DNA from: Eledone cirrhosa
Taxonomy: Eukaryota
NCBI GenBank assembly: GCA_964016885.1
Contig: OZ024756.1
Coordinates: 21,700,001-21,764,000 of the forward strand
DNA: 64,000 bases
Reading direction: 5' to 3'
The notes under the pieces: model-generated
Database searches by the model: none
Told to the model about the DNA's origin: nothing
What the model saw: the letters and a program-made list of their open reading frames with translations, nothing else
Program-made: the position numbers and the translations under genes
Shown: piece by piece, positions 19,375 through 30,516 of the stretch
Position numbering within the stretch: position 1 is the stretch's first letter
Layout: each line of letters starts with the position of its first letter

Positions 19375-19981
19375 TCAGGTCACTAGTTGGTGCTACTGGT
19401 AACATGTATCCCAGTACAACCTGTCTCATGGTCGGGTCGTTGGCGACTAAACTGGCAACCCCACCAAGGTTTCTTGGTGAGGAGGGTGACTTTGGACATC
19501 CTGCAGGACTAAAAACAAAACCTGTCAAAGGGCAAAGGAGCTCTTAAGAGTCAATGGCCATCCAAAATCACCGGGAGAGATGACACCTTAGCCTTTGTCA
19601 AGGCAGAATTCTAGGAGAAGGAAAACTCTGATATAACACCTGCAACTCTGATGGTATCCAATGATGTTGACTTGTTCTTCTTTTTGGTAAATATCATCTT
19701 GGTTAAGAGAGTGGGACTGGCTTTGTGCAGTGCCTTTGCTCACTATAAAAGCTTCACGGCACAGGCATTGCTTTATATCTGGAGATCTCTCTGCACTTGT
19801 TGTCACATGGTACCATGGGCCCAGCACTATGTGTCAATAATTGTCACAAGTGTAGTCTTTGTACCAGAGTTTTCAAGTCGCTGGCTGGACTAAAAAGTCA
19901 CACTCGTTCAGCGCATTGGTAGGGGTTCTCCTACATGGATATAAAGTAGTGGCCGTACTCGAAAACGAGTTGGCAGCCACC
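19375..19981 (+). mobile_element. ~606-bp non-autonomous retroelement (family R), apparently full length, with TSD
   Basis: Direct repeat atatgtttatgt at 19364-19375 and 19982-19993. The 3' half recurs at 29577-29920 and the 5' third at 40305-40849. Confidence 0.8.
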
Positions 19982-20109
19982 ATATGTTTATGTATGCATG
20001 TAATGTTTGTGTGTGCATAAAATTATGGTATTCGTGCTTATATTTAATTTCTCATTCTATAACTGTTCCTGCGTTCATCCTCTTCGATTTGTACATATAT
20101 ACATACCTA

Positions 20110-20161
<52 letters not shown>

Positions 20162-20258
20162 GAAATATACATACGTACACATATATGGAAAGTGAGTTAT
20201 CAATATAATATACATTTATTTTCATTACACGTGTTTCACATTAATTGTAATCAAATCA

Positions 20259-20259
<1 letters not shown>

Positions 20260-20290
<31 letters not shown>

Positions 20291-20695
20291 TTATATATAT
20301 ATATATTTATTTATATATATATATATTTATTTATATATATATATATTTATTTATATATATATATATTTATTTATATATATATATATTTATTTATATATAT
20401 ATATATTTATTTATATATATATATATTTATTTATATATATATATATTTATTTATATATATATATATTTATTTATATATATATATATTTATTTATATATAT
20501 ATATATTTATTTATATATATATATATTTATTTATATATATATATATTTATTTATATATATATATATTTATTTATATATATATATATTTATTTATATATAT
20601 ATATATTTATTTATATATATATATATATATTTATTTATATATATATATATTTATTTATATATATATATATTTATTTATATATATATATATTTATT

Positions 20696-20700
<5 letters not shown>
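20260..20700. repeat. 20-bp unit (TATATATATATATATTTATT)n satellite
   Basis: Exact 20-bp periodicity. Confidence 0.95.
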
Positions 20701-20759
<59 letters not shown>

Positions 20760-20761
<2 letters not shown>

Positions 20762-20947
20762 AGGTGAGGTAAGATACCAAGTGGGCCATAACGTACCAGA
20801 GTACTCGAAACTTAGGGTAGTAGAGTGGCTAATAGGAAAAGAGTCAGGACCCCGACGGCTGAGCTCCAACCGTTTCGACAGCTAGATCCGAACTAAGTCA
20901 GCAGCATTAGAACAGCGGAGCCCAGCCGTCGGGGTCTTGACTCTTTT

Positions 20948-20951
<4 letters not shown>
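20760..20951 (-). mobile_element. Hairpin-head element family A, copy b
   Basis: ggaaaagagtcaggaccccgacggctgagctcc ... ggagcccagccgtcggggtcttgactcttttcc plus tail; TA-flanked. Confidence 0.8.
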
Positions 20952-20990
<39 letters not shown>

Positions 20991-20996
<6 letters not shown>

Positions 20997-21101
20997 ATAA
21001 TAATAAAATTGAAGACTAAAATCCAAAGAGGGCTCGATAAGGAAAATATATATCAAATATATAAGAACCGTAGAGCAAATATCAGCGCCTTATTCACTGC
21101 A

Positions 21102-21161
<60 letters not shown>

Positions 21162-21396
21162 TAAAATAACAGATTAAAGTTTAAGCAAAGAATCGCTGCT
21201 TTCACCCTTAACGGGATCTTCTGAAACTTAGGGTAGTAGAGTTTCAGAAGATCCCGTTAAGGGTGAAAGCAGCGATTCTTTGCTTAAACTTTAATCTGTT
21301 ATTTTAATAAATATCTGCTCTACGGTTCTTATATATTTGATATATATTTTCCTTATCGAGCCCTCTTTGGATTTTAGTCTTCAATTTTATCATTAT

Positions 21397-21470
<74 letters not shown>

Positions 21471-21491
21471 TGCAGAGAATAAGGCGCTGAT
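20991..21491. repeat. Nested inverted duplication A-B-C-C'-A'-B' with a central 75-bp-arm palindrome (21154-21314)
   Basis: 20991-21082 is inverted at 21311-21402; 21081-21157 is inverted at ~21400-21491; arms 21154-21228 / 21240-21314. Confidence 0.9.
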
Positions 21492-21772
21492 ACGTTGTTA
21501 CGCTGTGACTTCGTGAGGATAAGCCTGTCCGAGCGATCCAAAAGCACTTCACGTCAGTAGTTTATCCCAGCTAAAAGGAGTGACGGTGAAGTAACCCCAT
21601 CTGAACTACTCTTAATTTTATATATAAATATATATATATATGCAAAAGTTTTATTTAAAATTGTTGGGTTACAACGAATAAATATTTTATAACTGATATA
21701 AAGCACTCAATATGTTTCGGAGTAGATATACGATATTAAACAAATGGAAACTATATTTATAAAACCATATTT

Positions 21773-21836
21773 ATTTCATTATACATATTTCAGGGATACC
21801 ATATTAAAAATATGGCATGCCTTCTTCAGATAAAAT
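21773..21836 (-). ncRNA. Mirror copy of the hammerhead at 21977-22040
   Basis: Reverse complement of that motif within the palindrome. Confidence 0.8.
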
Positions 21837-21976
21837 ACAATATATAAGCAGTTTTATAAATAAATTTGACGTACCATAAAATATTGAAACTTCCATTTAA
21901 AAAAGTTGGTTTTTAAATGGAAGTTTCAATATTTTATGGTACGTCAAATTTATTTATAAAACTGCTTATATATTGT

Positions 21977-22040
21977 ATTTTATCTGAAGAAGGCATGCCA
22001 TATTTTTAATATGGTATCCCTGAAATATGTATAATGAAAT
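21977..22040 (+). ncRNA. Minimal type-I hammerhead ribozyme
   Basis: Stem I attttat/atgaaat; CTGAAGA; stem II aggcatgccatatt-ttt-aatatggtatccct (13/14 pairs); GAAA; near-palindromic stem III atatgtat; predicted cut after AUA (22033). Confidence 0.8.
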
Positions 22041-22082
22041 AAATATGGTTTTATAAATATAGTTTCCATTTGTTTAATATCG

Positions 22083-22111
<29 letters not shown>

Positions 22112-22114
<3 letters not shown>

Positions 22115-22320
22115 GGGAAAGAGTGAGGACCCCGGCAGCTGAACTCCGGCTTTTTCGACAGGTAGATCAGATAGAATGCTGGTGGCTTAGTTCAGATCTA
22201 GCTGTCGAAACGGCCGGCGCTCAGCCGTTGGGGTCCTGACTCTTTTCCTATTACCCACTCTACTACCCTAAGTATTGAGTACTCTGGTGCGTTATGGTCC
22301 ACCTGGTATCTTACCACACC

Positions 22321-22324
<4 letters not shown>
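22112..22324 (+). mobile_element. Hairpin-head element family A, copy c
   Basis: Inverted arms at 22112-22250 plus tail ttacccactctactaccctaagtattgagtactctggtgcgttatggtccacctggtatcttaccacacc; TA-flanked. Confidence 0.8.
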
Positions 22325-22353
<29 letters not shown>

Positions 22354-22550
22354 CTTGCTTTCCTGACATTCTCACACTAAACATACGTCTGTCTGTTCTC
22401 CCCTTATCCGAACTTTCCTGAAAAAGGAATTATGCTCGAAATGTTGAAATCTCCTCCCCCTCCTCCAAGCTTACACCTAACATAATTGTGTAAAATTGCC
22501 TACTGTATCTTGTTTGTTTCACTTTAATATATATATATATATAGATATAT

Positions 22551-22745
22551 ATAGTTTTAATATAGACGAGATTCTACAGGACTAGAACTGTTTCATTCTT
22601 GAGAAATCAGGATTCCTAATGATTTCTCAAGAATGAAACAGTTAATGTCCCGTAGAATCTCATCTATATTAAAACTGTTATACTCTGCTATGTATTGAGT
22701 ACCTTACTTACTGTGGTTACCTCCGATTCAACCCTGAATAACTTA
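22551..22745 (+). mobile_element. Fold-back element family B, copy 1 (palindrome 22551-22678 + tail)
   Basis: Homologous to 41798-41990 and 28150-28280; decayed core cctaatga...gaatGAAAcagtt. Confidence 0.75.
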
Positions 22746-22752
22746 CCTATAT

Positions 22753-22837
<85 letters not shown>

Positions 22838-23308
22838 TATTTCTGTGTGTATGTGTTTATGTATGGCCAAAGATGCATACCATACCCAGATTGAAACTTT
22901 TGGATGTCATTCTGTAAAACGCAACTATATTATTATTTTTACCTTACTACTGAGCGAGACAGTTCAATTCCAACATATGGATTAAAAACTTCAATCGTAA
23001 AACATACATATATAATGTAAATTTTTAGAAACGTTGAGTGATAGTTATTTTTTTTAATATGAAAGTTATAAACATCGAAGTTGTTTGTCTATATAAAATA
23101 GTCAAATATTTTGGGCTTATAAAATCTGGAGACAGAAAAATATTTTGTATAGTACCGGGCTATGTTGAACAAATCTGTCCCGTCTCCAGGATTCATAAGC
23201 TGAACATTTTTGACTTGTTGTTTCTAACTTTCAAATTCAATAAATATATGTTTCATATTATATTTTCTTTAATCCACTTTTTATCATACAACATTTAAAC
23301 AAATATTA

Positions 23309-23511
23309 TTGGCTGCATCGGTAGAGCGTCGGATACCCTGCTTCGCGGCAGAGTGTTACGGCTCTTTACGTTCTGAGTTAAAATCCCGCCGAGGTTAGCT
23401 TTGCCTTTCATCCTTACGGGGTCGATAAAATAAAGTACCAGTCACGCACTGGGGTCGATTTAATTGACTTTCCTCTTTTCCCAAAATTGCTGGCCTTGTG
23501 CCTATAGTTGA

Positions 23512-23545
<34 letters not shown>
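23309..23545 (+). mobile_element. SINE family 1, near full length, with (ATT)n tail
   Basis: A/B boxes, core and tail. Confidence 0.9.
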
Positions 23546-23809
23546 TAATATATTATAATTATTACTGACTTGAAATGTTTACGATTTTGAAATAATTTGG
23601 GGGTCACTGACATAACACCATCCTTTTTTCTGTAGGGAGTAAACACATTCCAGGAAATAACATTCCAAGACTTAAACCAACCCAAGACGCAACACATCCC
23701 CAGAATAACGGCTCCTACGAATAACGCTTTTACTGGAAAGAAAGAAAACACCAACAACAACCACAACAACACCAGCATAATAACACATTTATACGCCAAT
23801 ATAAACAGG

Positions 23810-24590
23810 AATAATATATCATTACAAATAATATCTCGCTGCCAAGTATAATGCAATACCAGCAATAAAATACACGTGTGTATGCCAATATATTAACTCA
23901 CAAGAGAGGATAGCTTTGAGCTAAGTACAGTACATTTCAAGTAATAACAAATACATGTATGTGCCAAGGCAATAACACATTAGGTAGGATAGCTCTCAGC
24001 TAAAAACAATGTACCGCCGGAAATAACATACATCTATGTACCCAGGCATTAATACACCAATGACAATAACTAGCCACAAAGTACAATGTACCTCCAGAAA
24101 TAACATAGACACGTATGTATTCAGTCTACAATACACCTGATGTAATAACTAACGTTAAATTACTAAGTACAATGCAACTGTTTAATAATATATACATATA
24201 TAGTTAGACAATATGTCATTAGAAGTAATAACTAACTAGAATGTACGATGCGTCGCCAGAAATAACAGACATATATATATATTATATATGTAACTAGATA
24301 ACACACTTGATGTAATAGCTAGATTCGAAGTACAATGCATCAACAGAAATGACATACATACTATATCTAGGCAGTAATATCACTGATGCAATAATTATTC
24401 ATTAAGTACAATGCACCACCAGTAAGGAAATACACACACGTTCGGAAATAATGATACTCCAGAAGGAATAACCAACTATAAGGTCAGTAATTGCATATAT
24501 ATAAATATCTCAAAAAATACACACCTCACACACATATAATAAAAAAAACCTGCTGACAAGTAAAATGCAACGCAAGAATTTACTCCTACA
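23810..24590. repeat. Old degenerate ~76-87-bp tandem repeat (~9 units)
   Basis: A gtacaatgYa.c.ccagaaataaca-like motif recurs near 23926, 24005, 24081, 24167, 24243, 24330 and 24405. Confidence 0.65.
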
Positions 24591-25420
24591 CAAATGTGCC
24601 AAAATTCTCATGAACTTTACTGCATACGCGTCTGTTATTGGCGTTGTCCTCCTTTCGTTTCAAAGCACTCTGTAAGAATCAAAGAGATCAGTAGAACTCC
24701 GCTAAGAGATATAGATATATATGATCAAATCTATATATAACTGTATAGGTAAATATTTATATATATCTATATATATATGTATTTATCTATCTATCACCGA
24801 CTAACCAGTGTAAATGATGTTGTAATAACACAATGATCCAATGTAGTACAACAGCGGGAGCAAAGAAGAAGAAGAACAACAACAACACAAACATCAGAAC
24901 TAAAAATACCATTCCAAACATCAAAAGCAGTAGCAAATATAACACTAACAACAAGAACAGCAACATTCACGTCGACAAAACCATCAACAGCACTAGTAGT
25001 AATAGCAATAGTAACGATTGCAAAAACACCAACAGCAGCAATAGTACTAACAGCAAATACAACTCCAACAATAACATCAATAGTTATAGCAATAAATACA
25101 ACTATAACAACAACAACAACAACAGCACCAATAGAAATAGCAGAAGTAACCATTCAAACAATATCAACAGTACCAAAAGCAGCAACAATATCAACAGTAA
25201 TATTGGTTTTATTGATTTTAGCAACCAAACTCTTAGTATCTTTATAAATCTTTTAGTTTGTCTTCATGGAGAAAGATATCTTAAATAGTCGCCCCGAAAC
25301 CTGTAGGATATAAATATTAATAAAACAAAAAATATATAATTATAAATAAACATAGTTATAATTAAGATAAAGAAAAATAAAACAAAAAAAAAAAAAATAT
25401 ATTTAAAAATTCCAAAAACG

Positions 25421-25567
25421 ATGTTGCCAAAACAAGAGCATGATGTTGTGACCAACTGCTCTCCACATCGTTATGAACTGCAACAACAACAACAACAACA
25501 AGAACAAGAACAACAACAGCAACAACTACACCATCAACAACAACAACAGCAGCAGCAACAACTACAA

Positions 25568-25599
<32 letters not shown>

Positions 25600-26158
25600 A
25601 CAGCAGCAACATCACCAACATCATCATCATCAACACCAACATCATCATCTTCATCAGCAGCAGCATCACCACCACCACCACCAGCAGCAACAGCAGCAGC
25701 AGCAGCATTATCAGCTCCCTAAACAGAAACATCAGCCAGAACAAAATGATGAACAGCTGATTACGAGGAACTCTCCGTTAAATGTTCGATCTTCCCCACT
25801 GAATCTAAGACAGCTACAGTTACCACAGGAACACCACTTACAACTACAACAACAATATCATCAACAACCACCGCCACAATCACCCAAGTCCCCCAAATCA
25901 CCCAAGTCCCCCAAGTCCCCAATATCTCCTAAGTCACCAAAATCACCCAATTCTCCACACTCACCACAACAGCAACTTCACCCACAGCCACACCCTTCGC
26001 AACAACAACCGCAATCACAACAAAATAAATCACCTCCGCACCACCAACAACACCAACAACTACAATTACAAGAACAACACAGAAAATCACCGCAGCAACA
26101 CCAACAACACCAACAACTACAATTACAAGAACAACACAGAAAATCACCGCAGCAACAC

Positions 26159-26196
<38 letters not shown>

Positions 26197-26612
26197 GCAG
26201 CTAAGCCCTCAAAATCAACAGTCACCCCAAAACCAACAACAACAGCATCATCATCAACAACAACAGCTAAGTCCTCAAAACCAACAGTCACCCCAAAACC
26301 ACCACCAACATCAACACCTACATCAACAGCAACAACAACAACAACAGTCACCACAAAACCAACAACAACAACTTCAACAACATCAACACCTACATCAAAA
26401 ACCTCCACTTCCCCGACAACAACGCCCTCAATTACAAGTTGAACCTCAACAATATTCGAGACAAGCGTTACAAATGCGCAACGAGATTCAAACAAAGGAA
26501 GTGTGTACAGCGAAATTCTGTCTCAGAGACAATGGCATTCAGTCTAAAGAATCGGAGCTACAGAATCAAATAGCAGGAGACAAAATTGAAAAGGAAGATA
26601 CTCTAGTCCGAG
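25421..26612 (+). CDS. Probable first coding exon of an unidentified Gln/His-rich protein with an (SPx)n array (397 codons + 1 nt, phase-1 donor)
   Basis: ATG in aaaacgATG context. The frame stays open for 1.2 kb through mixed CAA/CAG codons and non-repetitive blocks (MLPKQEHDVVTNCSPHRYEL; NDEQLITRNSPLNVRSSPLNLR; KEVCTAKFCLRDNGIQSKESELQNQIAGDKIEKEDTLVR). Ends at AG|GTATGT, followed by T-rich intron-like sequence. Confidence 0.8.
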
Positions 26613-26666
26613 GTATGTTTTAGTTTTTATACATACATGTATATATATTATATTATTTGAATAACG

Positions 26667-26856
26667 GGGGCGGTGGATTGGCAGTATCGGTAGAGCACCG
26701 GACACCATGCTTTGCAGCATAGAGTTACGGCTTATGATCTGAGTTCAAATCCCGCCGAGCTAAACTTTGCCTTTCATCCTTACGCGGTCGATAAAATAAA
26801 GTACCCGTGATGCACTGGGATAATTGCTGGCCTTGTGCCAAAAGAAGGAATAATTA
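26667..26856 (+). mobile_element. SINE family 1
   Basis: A/B boxes, core and tail. Confidence 0.9.
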
Positions 26857-27447
26857 GTATTGTTGCGTATGAGACTCTGTCCCTTTGTGTCCCTTTGAAT
26901 TATAGGTACAGCAATTTTTATCTAGGTGAAATAGAGTGGTTTGCTCAAAGACACATCGGGTTACCGGGAATCGAATTCATCACAATAGGATCGTGAACCG
27001 AACACTCGAACAACTAAGTCACGCATTTTCCCACTCACACACAAACTCATATGCACACACATACAGAAACACACACACACAGTGATGCACTGGAGTAATT
27101 GCTGGCCTTGTGCCAAAAGTAGAAACAATTATTTGAATAACTATTGTATAACATAAAAATAACGAATGGAGCTCGTACACACGCACACACGCGCACACAC
27201 ACACACACACACACACAGAACTACATATGCCTTTTAGATATTTCATAAGTAATATCTGTGTTAATTTGTAGGATGTATAATCTTTGGTAAGTAGAATGTT
27301 ATAGTAAATGTTAAGTACATATCCATTCTATTCGTGGTGGTATTGATCCTCTGACAGACACTGCTCTCTGGGAGATGTGGGACATAGCCAATCCGTTGTT
27401 TGATCGCCTATTCATACTCCCGTTGTTCGTCTTGTATTATTGCGTGA

Positions 27448-27866
27448 ATTGGCAGTATCGGTAGAGGGTCGGATGCCATGCTTTGACGCATAGCTATTGC
27501 CCTTTCCATTCTGAGTTCCAATCCCGACCAGGTTAGCTTTGCCTTTCATCCTTACCAGGTCGATCAAATAAAGTACCAGTAATGCACTGGGTCAATTGCT
27601 GGCCTTGTGCCATATCATCATCATCATCATCATCACCATTTTACGTCCATTTTTCCACGCTAGCATGGGTTAGACAAGTTGTCCTATTGTGGGCAATGCC
27701 AGATCAAGTGACCATGTCTTGTTCATGCAAAACTGATTTTGGCTTGGTTTCTACAGCTGGATGTCCTTCTTGATGCCAACCTCATTTACAGTGAGAACTG
27801 ATCAAATAAAGTACCAGTAATGCACTGGTTAATTGCTGGCCTTGTGCCAAAAGTAGAGAGAATTAT
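27448..27866 (+). mobile_element. SINE family 1 interrupted by an antisense (GAT)n-tailed retroposon piece (~27614-27798); SINE 3' segment duplicated on both sides
   Basis: gatcaaataaagtaccagtaatgcactgg...gctggccttgtgcca occurs before and after the (CAT)n-led insert. Confidence 0.7.
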
Positions 27867-28149
27867 TTTCTCTCGAGAGTCGCTGTATAAACAGCTACTT
27901 AATGAAATCTCCGTTTACTTAGAATAAATGAACCTTAAAAAATACGTGGGCGTTAGTATGTATGTGTGTCTATAGGTATTTAAGTGTGAATGTGTCATTG
28001 TATTAATGTGTATATTTCTAAAAATATTTCTTTCAATGAATCAGTGTTTTTTGAAATCCCTTGGTCAATGACCTCTACCGATCCTCAAAATCACCAAATC
28101 TCCAACTACCAGAAACCACACAAATACCACCGTATTACAATGCCAGTTG

Positions 28150-28278
28150 ACTTTCCTGATGATTTCCTTCGAATGAAACAGTTCTAGTTCTGTAGAAGCC
28201 ATTTCTATATTAAATGTTTTTTTACACTCTACTAATGTATTGAGTACCTTACTTACAATGGTTACCCCGATTGAACCC

Positions 28279-28280
<2 letters not shown>
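28150..28280 (+). mobile_element. Family B copy 2 (unfolded) with hammerhead-like core
   Basis: gactttc CTGATGA tttccttcgaat GAAA cagtt ctagtt plus tail gtattgagtaccttacttacaatggttacccc, then (CA)n. Confidence 0.7.
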
Positions 28281-28357
<77 letters not shown>

Positions 28358-28417
28358 TATATTTCGGGTGCTTATTCGTCGTGGTTTCATAGTAATGCTA
28401 CGGCGAAGATAAGCACG

Positions 28418-28566
28418 GCCTATGAGTAGTGTATCCCTAGCTGCCTATCAGTAGTGTATCCCCAGCTGCCTATCAGTAGTGTATCCCCAGCTGCCTATCA
28501 GTAGTGTATCCCCAGCTGCCTATCAATAGTGTATCCCCAGCTGCCTATTAGTAGTGTATCCCCAGC
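28418..28566. repeat. 25-bp minisatellite x6 (gcctatcagtagtgtatccccagct)
   Basis: Directly visible. Confidence 0.95.
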
Positions 28567-29576
28567 GAAATCTTGGTGGTTAGGTGTGACGGAGTTTCCA
28601 TTTACGAAATAGTGACAGAGTTACGTTTGCACAATTGTGTTATATAAAAGTAAACCTGTGTTAACAATATTACTCTCTCTCTCTGACTGTCCCTCTCTCT
28701 CTCTGACTGTCCCCCTCTCTCTCTGTAGTTCCCCCTCCTCTTTCTGACTGTCCCTCTCTCTCTGTGTCTCTCTCTCACATACACTCGCACAATGTATTGA
28801 TATATTATATAACGTTCATTTACTGATGGTTAATCAGTTTGAACAGTCAATGCTAAAATGTGGTTCCGGCTAAGTTTGAGTCATTGTCAGTTTCGATTCC
28901 AGAATCGAGCCCGAACACTACCGATTATACCTTGAGCTGATCGATTGCGAAACACGCGTCATGTATGAACAAAACACATATAATGATGTTATATTAATCC
29001 TTCGTTCCCTATTTCTTTCCGTACAACATTTCCGACCATAAGGCATTGGTCAATCAGATATGAAAGCCCCCTACCTTCAGGTTGCCGTGCAGTTAGATGA
29101 CACCTACAAATACGGGGTGGGATAAAAGCTTTTATTAACTTCACGATTATTCCTGTATTTCAAAACTTCATATAGAATATTTATATACTCCTTTCACTTA
29201 TATTTCAGTAATTTTGAGAATAATTTATTTCTACATGAATATGCTGGAGAGACAGCAGATGGAAGAATCAATAGATGAACATAAAACATCTTATTATATG
29301 TTCAATTGATCTTAATTTTCCTTCTATGCTCTACTGCTTGTCAGACCGTCCTTTCAGTGTTACAATACCATATCTTTTTATTTTCTATGGGAAGAAGTTG
29401 ATAATCACTGGTTCATTCCTTTCTATTTCTGGAGAACAGGGTGATATCAGTGGTCTTCCAAGTAGCCAATTCCGTTCCGAAAGAGAGCAAGAGAGAGAGA
29501 GACATAGCTATATATAGCTAGACAGAGAGAGACAGATATATATACTTATATATACATACATACATGCATACATACA

Positions 29577-29920
29577 TGGTGGTGGTGGCTGCCAACTCGT
29601 GTTCGAGTACGGCCACTACTTTATATCCATGTAGGAGAACCCCTACCGATGCGCTGAACGAGTGTGACTTTTTAGTCCAGCCAGCGACTTGAAAACTCTG
29701 GTACAAACACTACACTTGTGACACTTATTGACACATAGTGCTGGGCCCATGGTACCATGTGACGACAAGTGCAGAGAGATCTCCAGATATAAAGCAATGC
29801 CTGTGCCGTGAAGCTTTTATAGTGAGCAAAGGCACTGCACAAAGCCAGTCCCACTCTCTTAACCAAGATGATATTTACCAAAAAGAAGAACAAGTCAACA
29901 TCATTGGATACCATCAGGGT
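29577..29920 (-). mobile_element. Family R 5'-truncated copy with (CCA)n tail and 12-bp TSD
   Basis: Near-identical inverted copy of 19645-19981; tgcatacataca at 29565-29576 and 29921-29932. Confidence 0.85.
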
Positions 29921-29988
29921 TGCATACATACATACATACATACATACATACATACATACATACATACATACATACATACATACACATC

Positions 29989-30157
29989 TATGAAAAAATT
30001 CAGGACCCCGACGGCTGAGCTCCTGGCGTTTCGGCAGCTGAGAAATGGCCTCAGCTCAGCTGTCGGGCTCCTGAATCTTTTCATATCACCCACTCTACTA
30101 CCCCAAGTATCGAGTAATCTTGTGCGTTATGGTCCACCTGGTTTTTTACCATACCCT
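29989..30157 (+). mobile_element. Hairpin-head element family A, copy d
   Basis: tgaaaaaattcaggaccccgacggctgagct ... agctcagctgtcgggctcctgaatcttttca plus tail. Confidence 0.8.
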
Positions 30158-30215
30158 ATCTGTACGCACAAACACATATATATATATATACACACAGACA
30201 TATATATATACACTT

Positions 30216-30266
<51 letters not shown>

Positions 30267-30464
30267 CAAGTTAATATAAAAAAATATGATCAACACTAAT
30301 GTGTTTTTATTGCAAATTGACAATAATTTAGCCAGCTAGAAATACCTTAATTCAAATACATATAGTCTGCCTGTATCGATCTAAAAAATAATAAATCTAT
30401 ACTCACAGACGTATATCGGCAACTGCCCTTAAATAATTGTATTTGACTCCTGAGTGAAAACTCT

Positions 30465-30516
<52 letters not shown>

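Larger units (their letters stand above)
21640..22087. mobile_element. Penelope-like pLTR fold-back (family H): 178-bp inverted arms 21726-21903 / 21910-22087
   Basis: Palindrome with 6-nt spacer agttgg and a hammerhead in each arm; unfolded homolog at ~62400-62640. Confidence 0.8.

Noticed and set aside
19588-19893. 80-aa ORFs duplicated at 29672-29977
   Set aside because: They lie in near-identical copies of a mobile element, so the conservation reflects recent copying; no domain recognised
21240-21280. Intact hammerhead in arm C'
   Set aside because: The core reads cagaaga (U4 lost) with no convincing stem I or III; treated as degenerate at best
24794-25288. Asn/Ser-rich 151-aa ORF upstream of the Gln-rich exon, and its antisense ORF
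   Set aside because: (AAC/AGC)-derived low complexity; more likely 5'UTR or upstream sequence, though a uORF cannot be excluded
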